A stretch of 64,000 nucleotides of DNA, from NCBI GenBank assembly GCA_049363815.1, contig JBMQEM010000112.1:100-64099 (forward strand), in the 5' to 3' direction. Below, one piece after another: positions 1 through 9,604 of the stretch (positions within the stretch are counted from its first letter, which is position 1; every line of letters begins with the position of its first letter). The notes below the pieces were generated by a model. It had not been told where the DNA came from. It did not search any database and saw nothing but the letters and a program-made list of their open reading frames with translations. The position numbers and the translations under genes were made by a program. This DNA comes from Bacteroidota bacterium. Its GTDB lineage: Bacteria > Bacteroidota > Bacteroidia > AKYH767-A > 2013-40CM-41-45.

Positions 1-738
1 TTTATTAAGGTACAAAAGTGTGGGTTTAAAATTATTCTTCTTTATTGTTTCGTTTAATGTAATAACACCGAGGCAATATTTGCTGATCGATTTTTGCTGA
101 ACAGAGTATTCCCGCATAAGTGAATTAAATGGGCTTTTCTCATTCGCTCCACCCTGCTTCAGTTCAGCGATGACCAGACCTTTGTACAATACATTGTGCT
201 TATCATCGATAAAGGTCAGGTTTGTATCAATTGTCAGACGCTCGGCTGAATGCTTATTTACGAAAGTCATACGACGATAGTTTACCCATAGTTTGGGTTC
301 AAGCGTATTTGGATCAATATTTGAGATATTTTTCACAAACTCACTTGAAGTATCGCAGATTGTTTTAATGATCTCATTGTTCTTGATACGTTCCTTGATC
401 GTCCTGCCTTTATTATTCTTGAATTTAATTTCAAAAAAATTAAGGTCAGATTCTACATATCTTCTGGAACGGAATTTATATCTGTTCACCCTGCCGTTAT
501 GATGTCTTAAATACAAACCGAATTCCGCAGTATCAAAGTACAAAGTCTCATAATGATTATAGCGCTTTTCCTTTATTTCCAGAACGAAGTAATTCTTTTT
601 CATTCTTTCAAGTAAGGAAGGCAACAGATCATCCTTAAACATAAATTTAGTGTCTAATCTGTCTTGCAGAGCAACACCATCCATCTGTTTAAGGGTGATC
701 GGATCAAAACCGGCAAGTATGCTGTCTAAATTTTCCAA
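1..738 (-). CDS. VTC/CYTH-like (polyphosphate polymerase domain) protein; 3' end runs off the window; absent from the ORF track
   Basis: Manual minus-strand translation gives 246 open codons to nt 1: LENLDSILAGFDPITLKQMDGVALQDRLDTKFMF...ETLYFDTAEFGLYLRHHNGRVNRYKFRSRRY...FFEIKFKNNKGRT...WVNYRRMTF...RLTIDTNLTF...VIAELKQ. These alternating charged strand motifs are typical of the VTC/CYTH tunnel fold. A probable TTG start at 738-736 directly follows the TGA (742-740) of the upstream gene. Confidence 0.6.
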   Translation of the reverse strand, partial: MENLDSILAGFDPITLKQMDGVALQDRLDTKFMFKDDLLPSLLERMKKNYFVLEIKEKRYNHYETLYFDTAEFGLYLRHHNGRVNRYKFRSRRYVESDLNFFEIKFKNNKGRTIKERIKNNEIIKTICDTSSEFVKNISNIDPNTLEPKLWVNYRRMTFVNKHSAERLTIDTNLTFIDDKHNVLYKGLVIAELKQGGANEKSPFNSLMREYSVQQKSISKYCLGVITLNETIKKNNFKPTLLYLNK

Positions 739-739
739 A

Positions 740-1318
740 TCAGTATTCGTAAATATATTTTTTATCTGAAATCAGGGTTCCTTTTCCATCGACAGCTTTG
801 CGTTGAATTTTCATACCACGTTTGTCATAGATGAGAAAAGCTTTTTCAAGAACATTTCCTTTAGCATCAACAGTAACCTCAGTGATCCTGTCACCATTTG
901 CATTATAGGCATAGGTTGATTTCTGAATAAGGTTTCCCGCAGGATCAAATTGTGCTTCTTCAATTCTGTCGCCTGTCGAATTGTATTTAAAGACTTTCTT
1001 CTTTTTGATCTTTCCATCACTGTGGAAGACCACTTCTTCCGTTTTATCACCGTTTTTGTTATACACGTAAGTATTGTGCATTTTCACCTTGCCTTCTGAA
1101 TCGTAATCAATTTCTTCAATGATCTCATTGTTCGCATCATATCTGAAAAATGAATTATCGGCAGTTACTTCTTTCCCGTCTTTTAAAGTAGTCTCAACTT
1201 CACGTACCGATTTCACTTTATTTTTCTTCAGGTCCTTTTTACTTTGAGCAGACACAGAAACAATCATAAAGCAGGAGAATAATGCCGCCAGAACAATTTT
1301 CAATTTCATAGGGATCAA
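740..1318 (-). CDS. secreted protein with YD/MORN-like short repeats
   Basis: N-terminal signal peptide (MKLKIVLAALFSCFMIVSVSAQS). About 23-aa repeats of the form Y.YN..GD..EE..FD..G. The start overlaps the upstream gene's stop (1315-1318). Confidence 0.6.
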   Translation of the reverse strand: MIPMKLKIVLAALFSCFMIVSVSAQSKKDLKKNKVKSVREVETTLKDGKEVTADNSFFRYDANNEIIEEIDYDSEGKVKMHNTYVYNKNGDKTEEVVFHSDGKIKKKKVFKYNSTGDRIEEAQFDPAGNLIQKSTYAYNANGDRITEVTVDAKGNVLEKAFLIYDKRGMKIQRKAVDGKGTLISDKKYIYEY

Positions 1319-1755
1319 TAGTTGTTATCTAAAATAATGATGTCAGGGGTAGTGACAATAGAACCATTTGCTGTGATCTCGATCTCAGCAAATTTCGCTA
1401 CATCAGGACTATTTGAATTCAGGTTACCTGAGGCAGCGCCCGTTGAGTCTTTTGAATATGCAAACAGTTTATATTTTCCTTTTTGTAAGAATTTGAATTC
1501 AAAAGTTCCGTCGTAAGATGTCTTGTAATTCTCATCGTAAGTGGAATGATCGTCACCGTAGATGATATAAACATCCTCATCGACAGCCGGGTATGTATCA
1601 ACAACAGTCTGAAAACTGGCATCATAGTCATAAACAAGGACTTTACCTGTGATCGTACTGGTCCCGCCTTCCCCTGCTTCTTTCTTACAGCCGGATAAAA
1701 AAACCGCACTTAATGACATGAATATCAGAATACTAAATGTGTTTATTGATTTCAT
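1315..1755 (-). CDS. lipoprotein, hypothetical
   Basis: Signal peptide with lipobox (LSAVFLSGC). Beta-rich sequence. The 4-nt overlap with the downstream gene suggests an operon. Confidence 0.55.
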   Translation of the reverse strand: MKSINTFSILIFMSLSAVFLSGCKKEAGEGGTSTITGKVLVYDYDASFQTVVDTYPAVDEDVYIIYGDDHSTYDENYKTSYDGTFEFKFLQKGKYKLFAYSKDSTGAASGNLNSNSPDVAKFAEIEITANGSIVTTPDIIILDNNY

Positions 1756-2019
1756 TTATTTGAATTTAAGGGCACAAAGATGCCAATTAATTTGGTTAAA
1801 AATCCGCCTTTTGATCAGAGTAATCCACAATACGCAATAAAGCGGAAAATGTTGTTCCCGGTTAATCAATTACAGTGCCTTTATTGTAATTTTTTGCCAA
1901 ATTTCCTCTGATCTTCCTCTGATACACTGTAACCGGGTGTATAATCATAATTTACCATTCCAAAAGGCTAAAAGACATTTCTATTTTGTACATTTAACTC
2001 CTTTTTTAATTAAAAATAT

Positions 2020-2517
2020 ATGAAAAACGTAGAAATTCATTGCAATTTAACTGAATATGAAAGCACCGATGAACTTAATAAAGAAGATCAGGAATTGCTA
2101 ATTGAAGCCAAAGCCAGTATGAATAAGGCTTATGCCCCCTATTCTCATTTTCATGTTGGTGCTGCCATAATGCTGGAAAATGGAATTATTTTACGTGGTA
2201 ACAATCAGGAAAACGCCTCCTATCCAATAGGACTTTGTGCTGAAAGGGTTGCGATTTTTGCAGCAGGTGCTAATTATCCGAATGTGAAGATCCGGGCAAT
2301 TGCCATCACAGCAAATTCGGACCACTTTCACGTGAATAAACCGATCACACCATGTGGAGCATGTCGTCAGGCAATAGCTGAATACGAACACCGTTATAAG
2401 CAGGATATCCGTTTGATCATGGCAGGGGAAGCCGGTAAAGTCCTTATTGCAAATAGCATCAGCAATATGTTACCTTATCAATTCAATGCCGATGATCTGA
2501 AGATCAAAACAACATGA
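2020..2517 (+). CDS. cdd: cytidine deaminase
   Basis: Zinc-ligand motifs CAERVAIF and PCGACRQ. The 165-aa size is typical of homotetrameric Cdd. Confidence 0.9.
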   Translation: MKNVEIHCNLTEYESTDELNKEDQELLIEAKASMNKAYAPYSHFHVGAAIMLENGIILRGNNQENASYPIGLCAERVAIFAAGANYPNVKIRAIAITANSDHFHVNKPITPCGACRQAIAEYEHRYKQDIRLIMAGEAGKVLIANSISNMLPYQFNADDLKIKTT

Positions 2518-3050
2518 ACTCAACCATTCCGGAATTATATTTACTCGAATCACTGAAAAGTTTCAAAGGTTTAAAGTCAAATGCAGAGAAAGCTATGGAA
2601 CAGATCTCTGATCTCCAGTTTCATGAGCATCCGGATGTGGAATCGAACAACGTTGCAATAATTGTAAAACACATGGCCGGCAATATGCTAAGCCGTTTTA
2701 CAGATTTCCTGATCAGCGACGGTGAAAAACCGGATCGAAAAAGAGACAATGAATTTATCGATGATTTTACTTCCAGAGATCAGATCATGTCTTTCTGGGA
2801 AAAAGGTTGGAACTGCTTATTCAACACACTTGATTCACTGAAGCCTGCAGACCTGGAAAAGATCGTCAGGATAAGAAATGAAGAGCATACAGTCCTGCGT
2901 GCGATCCACCGCCAGTTAACTCATTATGCATATCATTGCGGACAAATTGTTTTTTTGTGTAAACATTTAAAACAAAAAGAATTCAGATCCTTATCAATAC
3001 CTCGAGGTGAATCTGAGAATTTTAAAACAATTACTCCTGAAAAGAACTAA
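2514..3050 (+). CDS. DinB-superfamily / DUF1572-like protein
   Basis: HMAGNMLSRFTDFL...H..YHCGQIV pattern of a DinB-like four-helix bundle. ATGA overlap with cdd. Confidence 0.65.
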   Translation: MNSTIPELYLLESLKSFKGLKSNAEKAMEQISDLQFHEHPDVESNNVAIIVKHMAGNMLSRFTDFLISDGEKPDRKRDNEFIDDFTSRDQIMSFWEKGWNCLFNTLDSLKPADLEKIVRIRNEEHTVLRAIHRQLTHYAYHCGQIVFLCKHLKQKEFRSLSIPRGESENFKTITPEKN

Positions 3051-3059
3051 CTAAAACTG

Positions 3060-3812
3060 ATGAAAAAAATATTGTCTTTTATTTTCGGATCGCTTCTCTT
3101 TTTATCAGCGCAGGCACAATACAGTATCCGGGATTCTTCGATCTCCTTTCCTATGATCGGGGCGACATTCAGTTATGAATTTCCTGCTGCTGACATGGCT
3201 GACAGATTCGGGCCAAATTTTTCTATCGGCGCAGTATTCCAATGGAAATTAAAATCAAACTGGTTGTTAGGAGCAGAAGGTAATTTTATGTTCAGTGATG
3301 AGGTTAAAGAAAACAATATTCTTGACAATTATAAAACACCGGATGGATACATTATTGATGGGGCTGGACAATACGCTATTGTTACACTAACTGAAAGAGG
3401 GATGCGGTTTAATCTGAAAGCAGGAAAAATATTTCCTCTTTTCGGACCAAATAAAAACAGCGGCTTGCTGACGAGTGTTGGATTAGGGTATCTTCAACAC
3501 AGAATTTATATTGACACACCGGGAAGTCCGATACCATGGCTGGAAGATGACAAGCGAAGAGGTTTCGACAGGATGTCCAGCGGACTTTTTTTAAATCAAT
3601 TCGTTGGCTATATAAATTTCAGCAATAAAAGACTTGTCAATTTCTTTGCAGGCTTTGAATTTACAGAGGGATTTACAAAGAACCAACGGGAATACAATTT
3701 CGATACCGGATTGAAAGACGACAAAAACAGAACGGATATTCTTATAGGATTTAAAGCCGGATGGGTATTTCCACTTTACAAAAGAGTTGCTGATAAATTC
3801 TATATTGACTAG
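3060..3812 (+). CDS. hypothetical outer-membrane beta-barrel-like protein
   Basis: Signal peptide (LLFLSAQAQ). Alternating aromatic/Gly-rich strands. Aromatic-rich C-terminus. Confidence 0.5.
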   Translation: MKKILSFIFGSLLFLSAQAQYSIRDSSISFPMIGATFSYEFPAADMADRFGPNFSIGAVFQWKLKSNWLLGAEGNFMFSDEVKENNILDNYKTPDGYIIDGAGQYAIVTLTERGMRFNLKAGKIFPLFGPNKNSGLLTSVGLGYLQHRIYIDTPGSPIPWLEDDKRRGFDRMSSGLFLNQFVGYINFSNKRLVNFFAGFEFTEGFTKNQREYNFDTGLKDDKNRTDILIGFKAGWVFPLYKRVADKFYID

Positions 3813-3814
3813 TA

Positions 3815-5074
3815 ATGCAGATCATTTATAGCCTGGTCATAAGAATCTATTACTTTGCAATAACTGTTTCAGCTCTTTTAGGGAATGAAAAAGCAAGGTT
3901 CTGGCTATTGGGCAGAAAACAATGGGCAAAAAATCTGTCAAAGGCATTATCAGAATATAAAGGGAATGAACGCTACTGGTTCCACTGTGCATCACTTGGA
4001 GAATTTGAACAGGGCCGGTCATTGATTGAAAGAGTCAGAAAGGAATTCCCGGATAGTTTTATTTTACTGACCTTCTTCTCCCCTTCCGGATACGAAATCC
4101 GGAAAAATTATTCTGAAGTAAATCATGTCTCTTACCTTCCACTGGATACAAAGAAAAATGCAGAACGATTTATAAAAATTCTACAACCATCGAAAACAAT
4201 TTTTATTAAATATGAATTCTGGTACAATTTTATAGATCAAATCTCGAAAACAGGAAAACCAATTTATATCGCTTCAGCCATCTTCAGGCCTCAGCAGATC
4301 TTTTTTAAATGGTATGGAACATTTTTCAGAGAATTATTAAAGAAGATCTCATTCATTTTTTTGCAGGATAACGATTCATTGAATTTATTGAGAGAAACAG
4401 GAATAACAAAATGTTCCGTAACCGGCGACACTCGGTTTGACAGAGTAAGTAAAGTTGCAATTGAAGCAAAAGCAATTTTGAAAATAGAACAGTTTGTACA
4501 AAATAAAAATGTTATTGTAGCCGGGAGTACATGGCCTGCAGATGAAGAAAATCTGCTGAAAATATTCGACTCATTGAATGACACCAACCTGAAACTGGTC
4601 ATTGTACCTCACGAAGTTTCATCCCGAAGGATAAATGAACTTAAGGAAAAGATCATCCATGAGACCAAACAGAAGAATATAACTTTGTATTCAGATACTG
4701 ATCCGGATGTAAATTCTTCCATTATGATAGTCGACACCATTGGACTACTTTCATCGGCGTATAAGTATGCAACACTGACATGGGTTGGCGGCGGATTTAA
4801 CAAGGGCATTCATAATATTCTTGAACCAGCTGCTCACGGCAAACCGGTTTTATTTGGACCGGCCTTTGAAAAATTCAAGGAAGCACACGATCTGATCGCT
4901 AATCATGGTGCATTCAGTGTTACAGATTCAGAAGCAGGAAATCAACTGATCAAAAAGATGTTGACAGATGACAACTATCTGGAAGTATCAGGTAAGGCTG
5001 CTTCTGAGTATGTCAGGAAGAACACCGGGGCAACTGACAAGATATTCATGCATATCTTCCGGGAACCTATTTAG
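3815..5074 (+). CDS. waaA: 3-deoxy-D-manno-octulosonic acid (Kdo) transferase
   Basis: HCASLGEFEQGRSLIERVR motif of the Kdo-transferase N-domain and a GT-B C-terminal half (GGGFNKGIHNILEPAAHGKPVLFGP). Confidence 0.85.
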   Translation: MQIIYSLVIRIYYFAITVSALLGNEKARFWLLGRKQWAKNLSKALSEYKGNERYWFHCASLGEFEQGRSLIERVRKEFPDSFILLTFFSPSGYEIRKNYSEVNHVSYLPLDTKKNAERFIKILQPSKTIFIKYEFWYNFIDQISKTGKPIYIASAIFRPQQIFFKWYGTFFRELLKKISFIFLQDNDSLNLLRETGITKCSVTGDTRFDRVSKVAIEAKAILKIEQFVQNKNVIVAGSTWPADEENLLKIFDSLNDTNLKLVIVPHEVSSRRINELKEKIIHETKQKNITLYSDTDPDVNSSIMIVDTIGLLSSAYKYATLTWVGGGFNKGIHNILEPAAHGKPVLFGPAFEKFKEAHDLIANHGAFSVTDSEAGNQLIKKMLTDDNYLEVSGKAASEYVRKNTGATDKIFMHIFREPI

Positions 5075-5188
5075 ACAGGATTTCAGCGACAAATGATAAC
5101 AGCAACTTGATCTTAATCATGAACAAGTTAAAAATAGTGGTGATTTGTCTTAAAAGTGGTATTTTCGCTGCTAAGAAGTAATTTAAAT

Positions 5189-5743
5189 ATGCGCATATCA
5201 ATTGTAATTTTATTTTTTCTGCATTCATTAGCCTTTGCTCAGGATACTCCCTTGTTCTATACCAATTCCGGAAAAATTTCTTTCAAATCAGAATCAAAAC
5301 AGGAATTGATCCGCGCAAGTTCTGATGAAATGCAAGGGATCATCGATGAAGAGAAAAAAACTTTTGTTTTCAAAGTCAAGATAAGAACCTTTAACGGATT
5401 TAACAGCGAATTACAGCAAGAACATTTCAATGAAAAATTTTTAGAATCAGAGAAATTTCCGCAGGCAACGTTTATGGGAAAGATCATTGAGGATATAGAT
5501 CTGAAAAAAGATGGAGAATTTGAGATCAGGGCAAAAGGTAAATTATGGATCCATGGTGTAGAGCATGAAAGAATAATCAGGTCTGATGTCACAATAAAAA
5601 ATGGTACGATTAATATCCGGTCTCATTTCACTGTAGCATTGTCTGATCACAATATTAAAGTACCGAAGGTTGTACATGAAAAAGTATCGAGTGAGATCAG
5701 CGTAGAAATTTCCGCACAACTGAAGAAAAAAACTGCAAATTGA
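5189..5743 (+). CDS. YceI-family periplasmic protein
   Basis: HFNEKFLESEKFPQATFMGKI motif and a signal peptide. I prefer the ATG at 5189 over the GTG at 5156 listed in the ORF track. Confidence 0.75.
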   Translation: MRISIVILFFLHSLAFAQDTPLFYTNSGKISFKSESKQELIRASSDEMQGIIDEEKKTFVFKVKIRTFNGFNSELQQEHFNEKFLESEKFPQATFMGKIIEDIDLKKDGEFEIRAKGKLWIHGVEHERIIRSDVTIKNGTINIRSHFTVALSDHNIKVPKVVHEKVSSEISVEISAQLKKKTAN

Positions 5744-8631
5744 ACTGTTCCATCATAAGATTTCTGACAGGGATCTTGTTTTCCTTTCTATCGTTTCAGA
5801 CTAGTGCGCAACACACACTTTCTAAATCGTTTGATATCCGGACAGAGGGTGTCAGACCAAAATTCACCAAACTTTTCCGAGACAGCAAAGGATTGATATG
5901 GACGGGAACTGATAAAGGTATTTTTACATTCGATGGTATTAATTTTTCTAAAGTGACCGGCAGCGATAGTTTGTCACAGGGAAATGTAACTGCCATTTAT
6001 GAAGATAAGTCAGGAACGATCTGGATCGGCTTCGATTCAGGAAAACTTGCAAGAATCTCCGGAAGAAGCATTTCTAAATACACTCCACAGGAAGGGTTTC
6101 CTAAATCAGCGATCAGTGCTTTTGCAGAAAACAAATCAGGTGTATTATTCTTTTCGACAAAAGGTGAAGGAGTGTACTGTATAGAAAAAGGATTGATGTA
6201 TAACATTGACCATGATGATTATCTTTCAGACGACTACTGTTATGCAATGGCTCTTTTACCGGATGGACGTATTTGTGTTGGAACAGATGAAGGAATAAAC
6301 TTCATTGAATTTTCGAATGGAACAAAAAAGATAACATCTTTTGGTAATGCACAAGGACTTCCTGACGATATTGTTCGTTCTCTTACTCTTGATCATTCCA
6401 ACCGCTTATGGCTAGGATTTCAGGAAAAGGGAATATGCATTTTCGATTATCAAAATAATAAGATATTATTCCAACCATCTGAAATTTCCAATGGACAGAT
6501 CAATTCGCTTCTTGCAGTGGGTGATATATTATGGGTCAACACGGAAGAAAAAGGTATTTTAAAATATGACAAGTATGGTAAAACTTCACGTCTTATAAGC
6601 GAAAGCAATTCCCAGAACAGAGCGATAGACATTATTGCTGATCTGGAGAATAATATCTGGCTTGCAGAGTCTATCCATCTCACACGGACATGTGGCGATA
6701 AAATCAGTTCATTCAATGTACTTGATAATACAAAGATCAGTTTTGTTCATTGTGTACTTACTGATAAAAAGGGCGGTATCTGGTTTTGTCCGGACCGACA
6801 ACTTTCACACATGTACAAGGACGAAAATGGTGATTGGAAGATTGAAAATTTCAGGATAATAGACTCAAAGCAGCCTGCCGATATTATCACACTTTATGAG
6901 GATCAATATGGATTCATCTGGGTTGGTTCATTAGGAGAAGGTATCTATCGTTTCAATCCTGCAACAGGCAGAGTCCGTCGTTTCAACGAAAAATCTAACA
7001 TAGAAGAGTCCAGTATACTTTCTATCACAGGTGATGGAAACGACATCTGGGTAGGTGGATTCAATGGCGTCAATAAATTCAGGATCGTTTCGGACGGAGC
7101 ATCAGAAAATGCCGTGATTGAAAAAGATACGAAGTTTACAAACCGGCTAACTAATGATTATGTTTATTCAGTTTATATTGATTCTAAAAAAAGGATCTGG
7201 TTTGGGACTGATGAAAAAGGCCTGTATTACCTGGAAGGTGAACAGATAATAAATATTCCATTGAATAATAATTCTGTCCATTCTTTTACAGAAGACATAT
7301 ATGGAACAGTATGGTTTTCAATGCCGGATGCAGGGCTTGGTTATTTTACAGGTAATAAAGTAAATTTTTTCTCAGCAAAAGACGGATTGTCTGACCCCTC
7401 ACCTGTCTCCATTTTGTCAATGAAAAATGGTAAACTAATTATTGTCCATTCAAACGGCTTCGACATACTTGATCCAAAAACTTTCAGGATCATTTATCAT
7501 AGCAGTGAAGAAAATCTGTCTGATATCAATAGTGACCTGAATTCCATTTCCGAATCATCCGATAGTTCGATCTGGATCGGGACAGAAAAAGGGTTATTGA
7601 ATTACCAACCATTTTCAGACCTGAACATTTCCGAACCGGCATTATCCTTTTCAGGTATTTCAGTTTATCTTAAAAACATTGAGTCAAGCAAGAATAAATT
7701 TTCATATGAAGAAAACAACATGCGGTTTGACATTGATGGTTTATGGTATTCCGATCCTCAAAGGGTAAATTATTCTTTTTTCCTTGAAGGGTATTCGAAT
7801 AAATGGGAAAAGACTAAAGACAGAAATATCACTTTTTCAAAATTATCTCCGGGAAAATATACTTTGAAAGTACGTTCTTCGCTGAACAACAATTTTAGTT
7901 TATCAAAAGAAATTGAGTATAAGTTTGAAATTACACCACCATACTGGCAAACCTGGTGGTTCCGTGCATCATTTGCTTTTATTATTGCAATTACATTAGT
8001 CATGATCATCCGGAGAAGAGAGAACCGGTTACGCAAACTGGATCTGCTCCAGAAAGAGAAAATTGAATTTCAATTTGAAACACTGAAGAATCAGGTCAAC
8101 CCTCACTTTCTGTTCAACAGTTTCAATACTTTGGTAAATGTCATTGAAACCGATTCAAAACTGGCAGTAGAATATGTTCAAAAGTTATCTGAATTTTTCC
8201 GTTCAATTGTAAACTACAGAGACAAAAACCTGATCTTTCTAGAAGAAGAAATATCTTTACTGGAAAATTACATTTTCATCCAAAAGGAAAGATATGGCGA
8301 TAATTTAAGGATAGTGATAAACCTTGACCAGAAGATCCGGTCAACTTTTTTAATCCCTCCACTAACATTGCAATTACTTGCCGAAAATGCCTTGAAGCAT
8401 AATGCAATTTCTAGAGATACTCCATTGCAGATCGAGCTTTATTCTGAAAATGACCGGTTGATCATCAGAAATAATATCAACAGAAAAATCTCAAAAGAAA
8501 GAAGTTCAGGCATGGGTCTTCAGAATATTGCAGGCAGATACCGGTTACTTACGAAAGAAAAAGTTGAAATTGAAGAAACAGTTTCTACCTTTACTGTATC
8601 ATTACCCAAGTTAAATCAACAATCCGCATGA
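5740..8631 (+). CDS. sensor histidine kinase: periplasmic two-component-regulator propeller/Y_Y_Y domain plus LytS-type (His_kinase) core
   Basis: About 700 aa of repeats such as G.IW.GT..GL. One TM segment (WWFRASFAFIIAITLVMII). Then the QVNPHFLFNSFNTL H-box and HATPase region (LLAENALKHN, GMGLQNI). TTG start overlapping the upstream stop. Confidence 0.85.
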   Translation: MNCSIIRFLTGILFSFLSFQTSAQHTLSKSFDIRTEGVRPKFTKLFRDSKGLIWTGTDKGIFTFDGINFSKVTGSDSLSQGNVTAIYEDKSGTIWIGFDSGKLARISGRSISKYTPQEGFPKSAISAFAENKSGVLFFSTKGEGVYCIEKGLMYNIDHDDYLSDDYCYAMALLPDGRICVGTDEGINFIEFSNGTKKITSFGNAQGLPDDIVRSLTLDHSNRLWLGFQEKGICIFDYQNNKILFQPSEISNGQINSLLAVGDILWVNTEEKGILKYDKYGKTSRLISESNSQNRAIDIIADLENNIWLAESIHLTRTCGDKISSFNVLDNTKISFVHCVLTDKKGGIWFCPDRQLSHMYKDENGDWKIENFRIIDSKQPADIITLYEDQYGFIWVGSLGEGIYRFNPATGRVRRFNEKSNIEESSILSITGDGNDIWVGGFNGVNKFRIVSDGASENAVIEKDTKFTNRLTNDYVYSVYIDSKKRIWFGTDEKGLYYLEGEQIINIPLNNNSVHSFTEDIYGTVWFSMPDAGLGYFTGNKVNFFSAKDGLSDPSPVSILSMKNGKLIIVHSNGFDILDPKTFRIIYHSSEENLSDINSDLNSISESSDSSIWIGTEKGLLNYQPFSDLNISEPALSFSGISVYLKNIESSKNKFSYEENNMRFDIDGLWYSDPQRVNYSFFLEGYSNKWEKTKDRNITFSKLSPGKYTLKVRSSLNNNFSLSKEIEYKFEITPPYWQTWWFRASFAFIIAITLVMIIRRRENRLRKLDLLQKEKIEFQFETLKNQVNPHFLFNSFNTLVNVIETDSKLAVEYVQKLSEFFRSIVNYRDKNLIFLEEEISLLENYIFIQKERYGDNLRIVINLDQKIRSTFLIPPLTLQLLAENALKHNAISRDTPLQIELYSENDRLIIRNNINRKISKERSSGMGLQNIAGRYRLLTKEKVEIEETVSTFTVSLPKLNQQSA

Positions 8632-9392
8632 GAATTTTAATTATCGAAGACGAGCAGCCTGCTTCTACCCGACTAAAAAAATTATTACTTGAAGCTGAGC
8701 CTGACGCTGTTATTCTAGATGAAATAGTCAGTATAAAATCTGCCGTTGAATGGTTTAAAAACCACAGTCATCCTGACCTCATCTTTATCGATATCCATCT
8801 TTCAGATGGAAATAGTTTCGATATTTTTGAACTGGTCAATATCACTGCGCCTGTCATCTTTATTACTGCATATGACGAGTTTGCATTGAAAGCTTTCAAA
8901 GTAAACAGTGTTGAGTATTTATTGAAACCGGTAAAGCAGGAAGAACTTGTGAGCGCATTGAATAAGTTCAAGACCTATTTTAGTAAGAACACACCCCTAC
9001 CGGATCTCAGTAAACTAATGGAGAATCTGAAAGATCCGGGATCAGGTTACAAAAAGCGTTTTTTGATCCGCTATGGTGAACATATAAAAGCTGTAGAAAC
9101 AGATAATGTAGCTTATTTTTACACGGAAGAGAAAATAAATTTTTTAAGGACAAAGGACAATCACTCCTATCATATAGAATACAATCTTGACAAACTTGAG
9201 GGCATATTAGATCCGGCAAAATTTTTCAGGATCAACAGGCAATTCATAATTAATTACGAGGCTATCGACCAGATGTTTTCTTTTTCAAAATCGAGAGTAA
9301 AGATCAATTTGAAACCTGCAATTAATCTTGATACGATTGTAAGCACAGAACGATCTCCGCTTTTCAAGGAGTGGCTGTCAGGTAAAGAATAA
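8628..9392 (+). CDS. LytR/AlgR-family response regulator (REC + LytTR DNA-binding domain)
   Basis: REC domain (LIFIDIHLSDGNSF, KP motif) and a C-terminal LytTR domain (FFRINRQFIIN). ATGA overlap with the kinase. Confidence 0.9.
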   Translation: MRILIIEDEQPASTRLKKLLLEAEPDAVILDEIVSIKSAVEWFKNHSHPDLIFIDIHLSDGNSFDIFELVNITAPVIFITAYDEFALKAFKVNSVEYLLKPVKQEELVSALNKFKTYFSKNTPLPDLSKLMENLKDPGSGYKKRFLIRYGEHIKAVETDNVAYFYTEEKINFLRTKDNHSYHIEYNLDKLEGILDPAKFFRINRQFIINYEAIDQMFSFSKSRVKINLKPAINLDTIVSTERSPLFKEWLSGKE

Positions 9393-9434
9393 AGAACCTC
9401 CATCTTATATGTTTCCAAGTCTGGAAGCAAAATG

Positions 9435-9503
9435 AATTTCACCACTTCTCACTATTTTTTATGGTGAACTATTTATTCCTTTTTGCCTGGTTTTGGTGAA
9501 ATT
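9435..9503. promoter_or_regulatory. candidate operator: three copies of the heptamer TGGTGAA/TTCACCA
   Basis: TTCACCA at 9438-9444; TGGTGAA at 9462-9468 and 9494-9500. AATTTCACCA (9435-9444) and TGGTGAAATT (9494-9503) form a perfect 10-bp inverted repeat. The site lies between the LytTR regulator and the next operon. Confidence 0.35.
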
Positions 9504-9604
9504 TTACTGAAATTCGGCTTCAGAACTCAATTTTTCCTGTTCAGCATCATTTATAATATTGAACAATATTATACCGGTAAATTTGTTCTATCAAAAAAGA
9601 ATAA

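Noticed and set aside
1903-1923. Direct repeat TTCCTCTGAT-C-TTCCTCTGAT in the cdd upstream region
   Set aside because: It is a single duplication of 10 bp with no partner elsewhere in the window, and no function can be argued from sequence alone.
5135-5144. The 10-mer TAGTGGTGAT shared between 5135-5144 and 35756-35765, both downstream of stop codons
   Set aside because: With about 2e9 position pairs in 64 kb and 4^-10 probability per pair, thousands of 10-mer coincidences are expected. Not meaningful.
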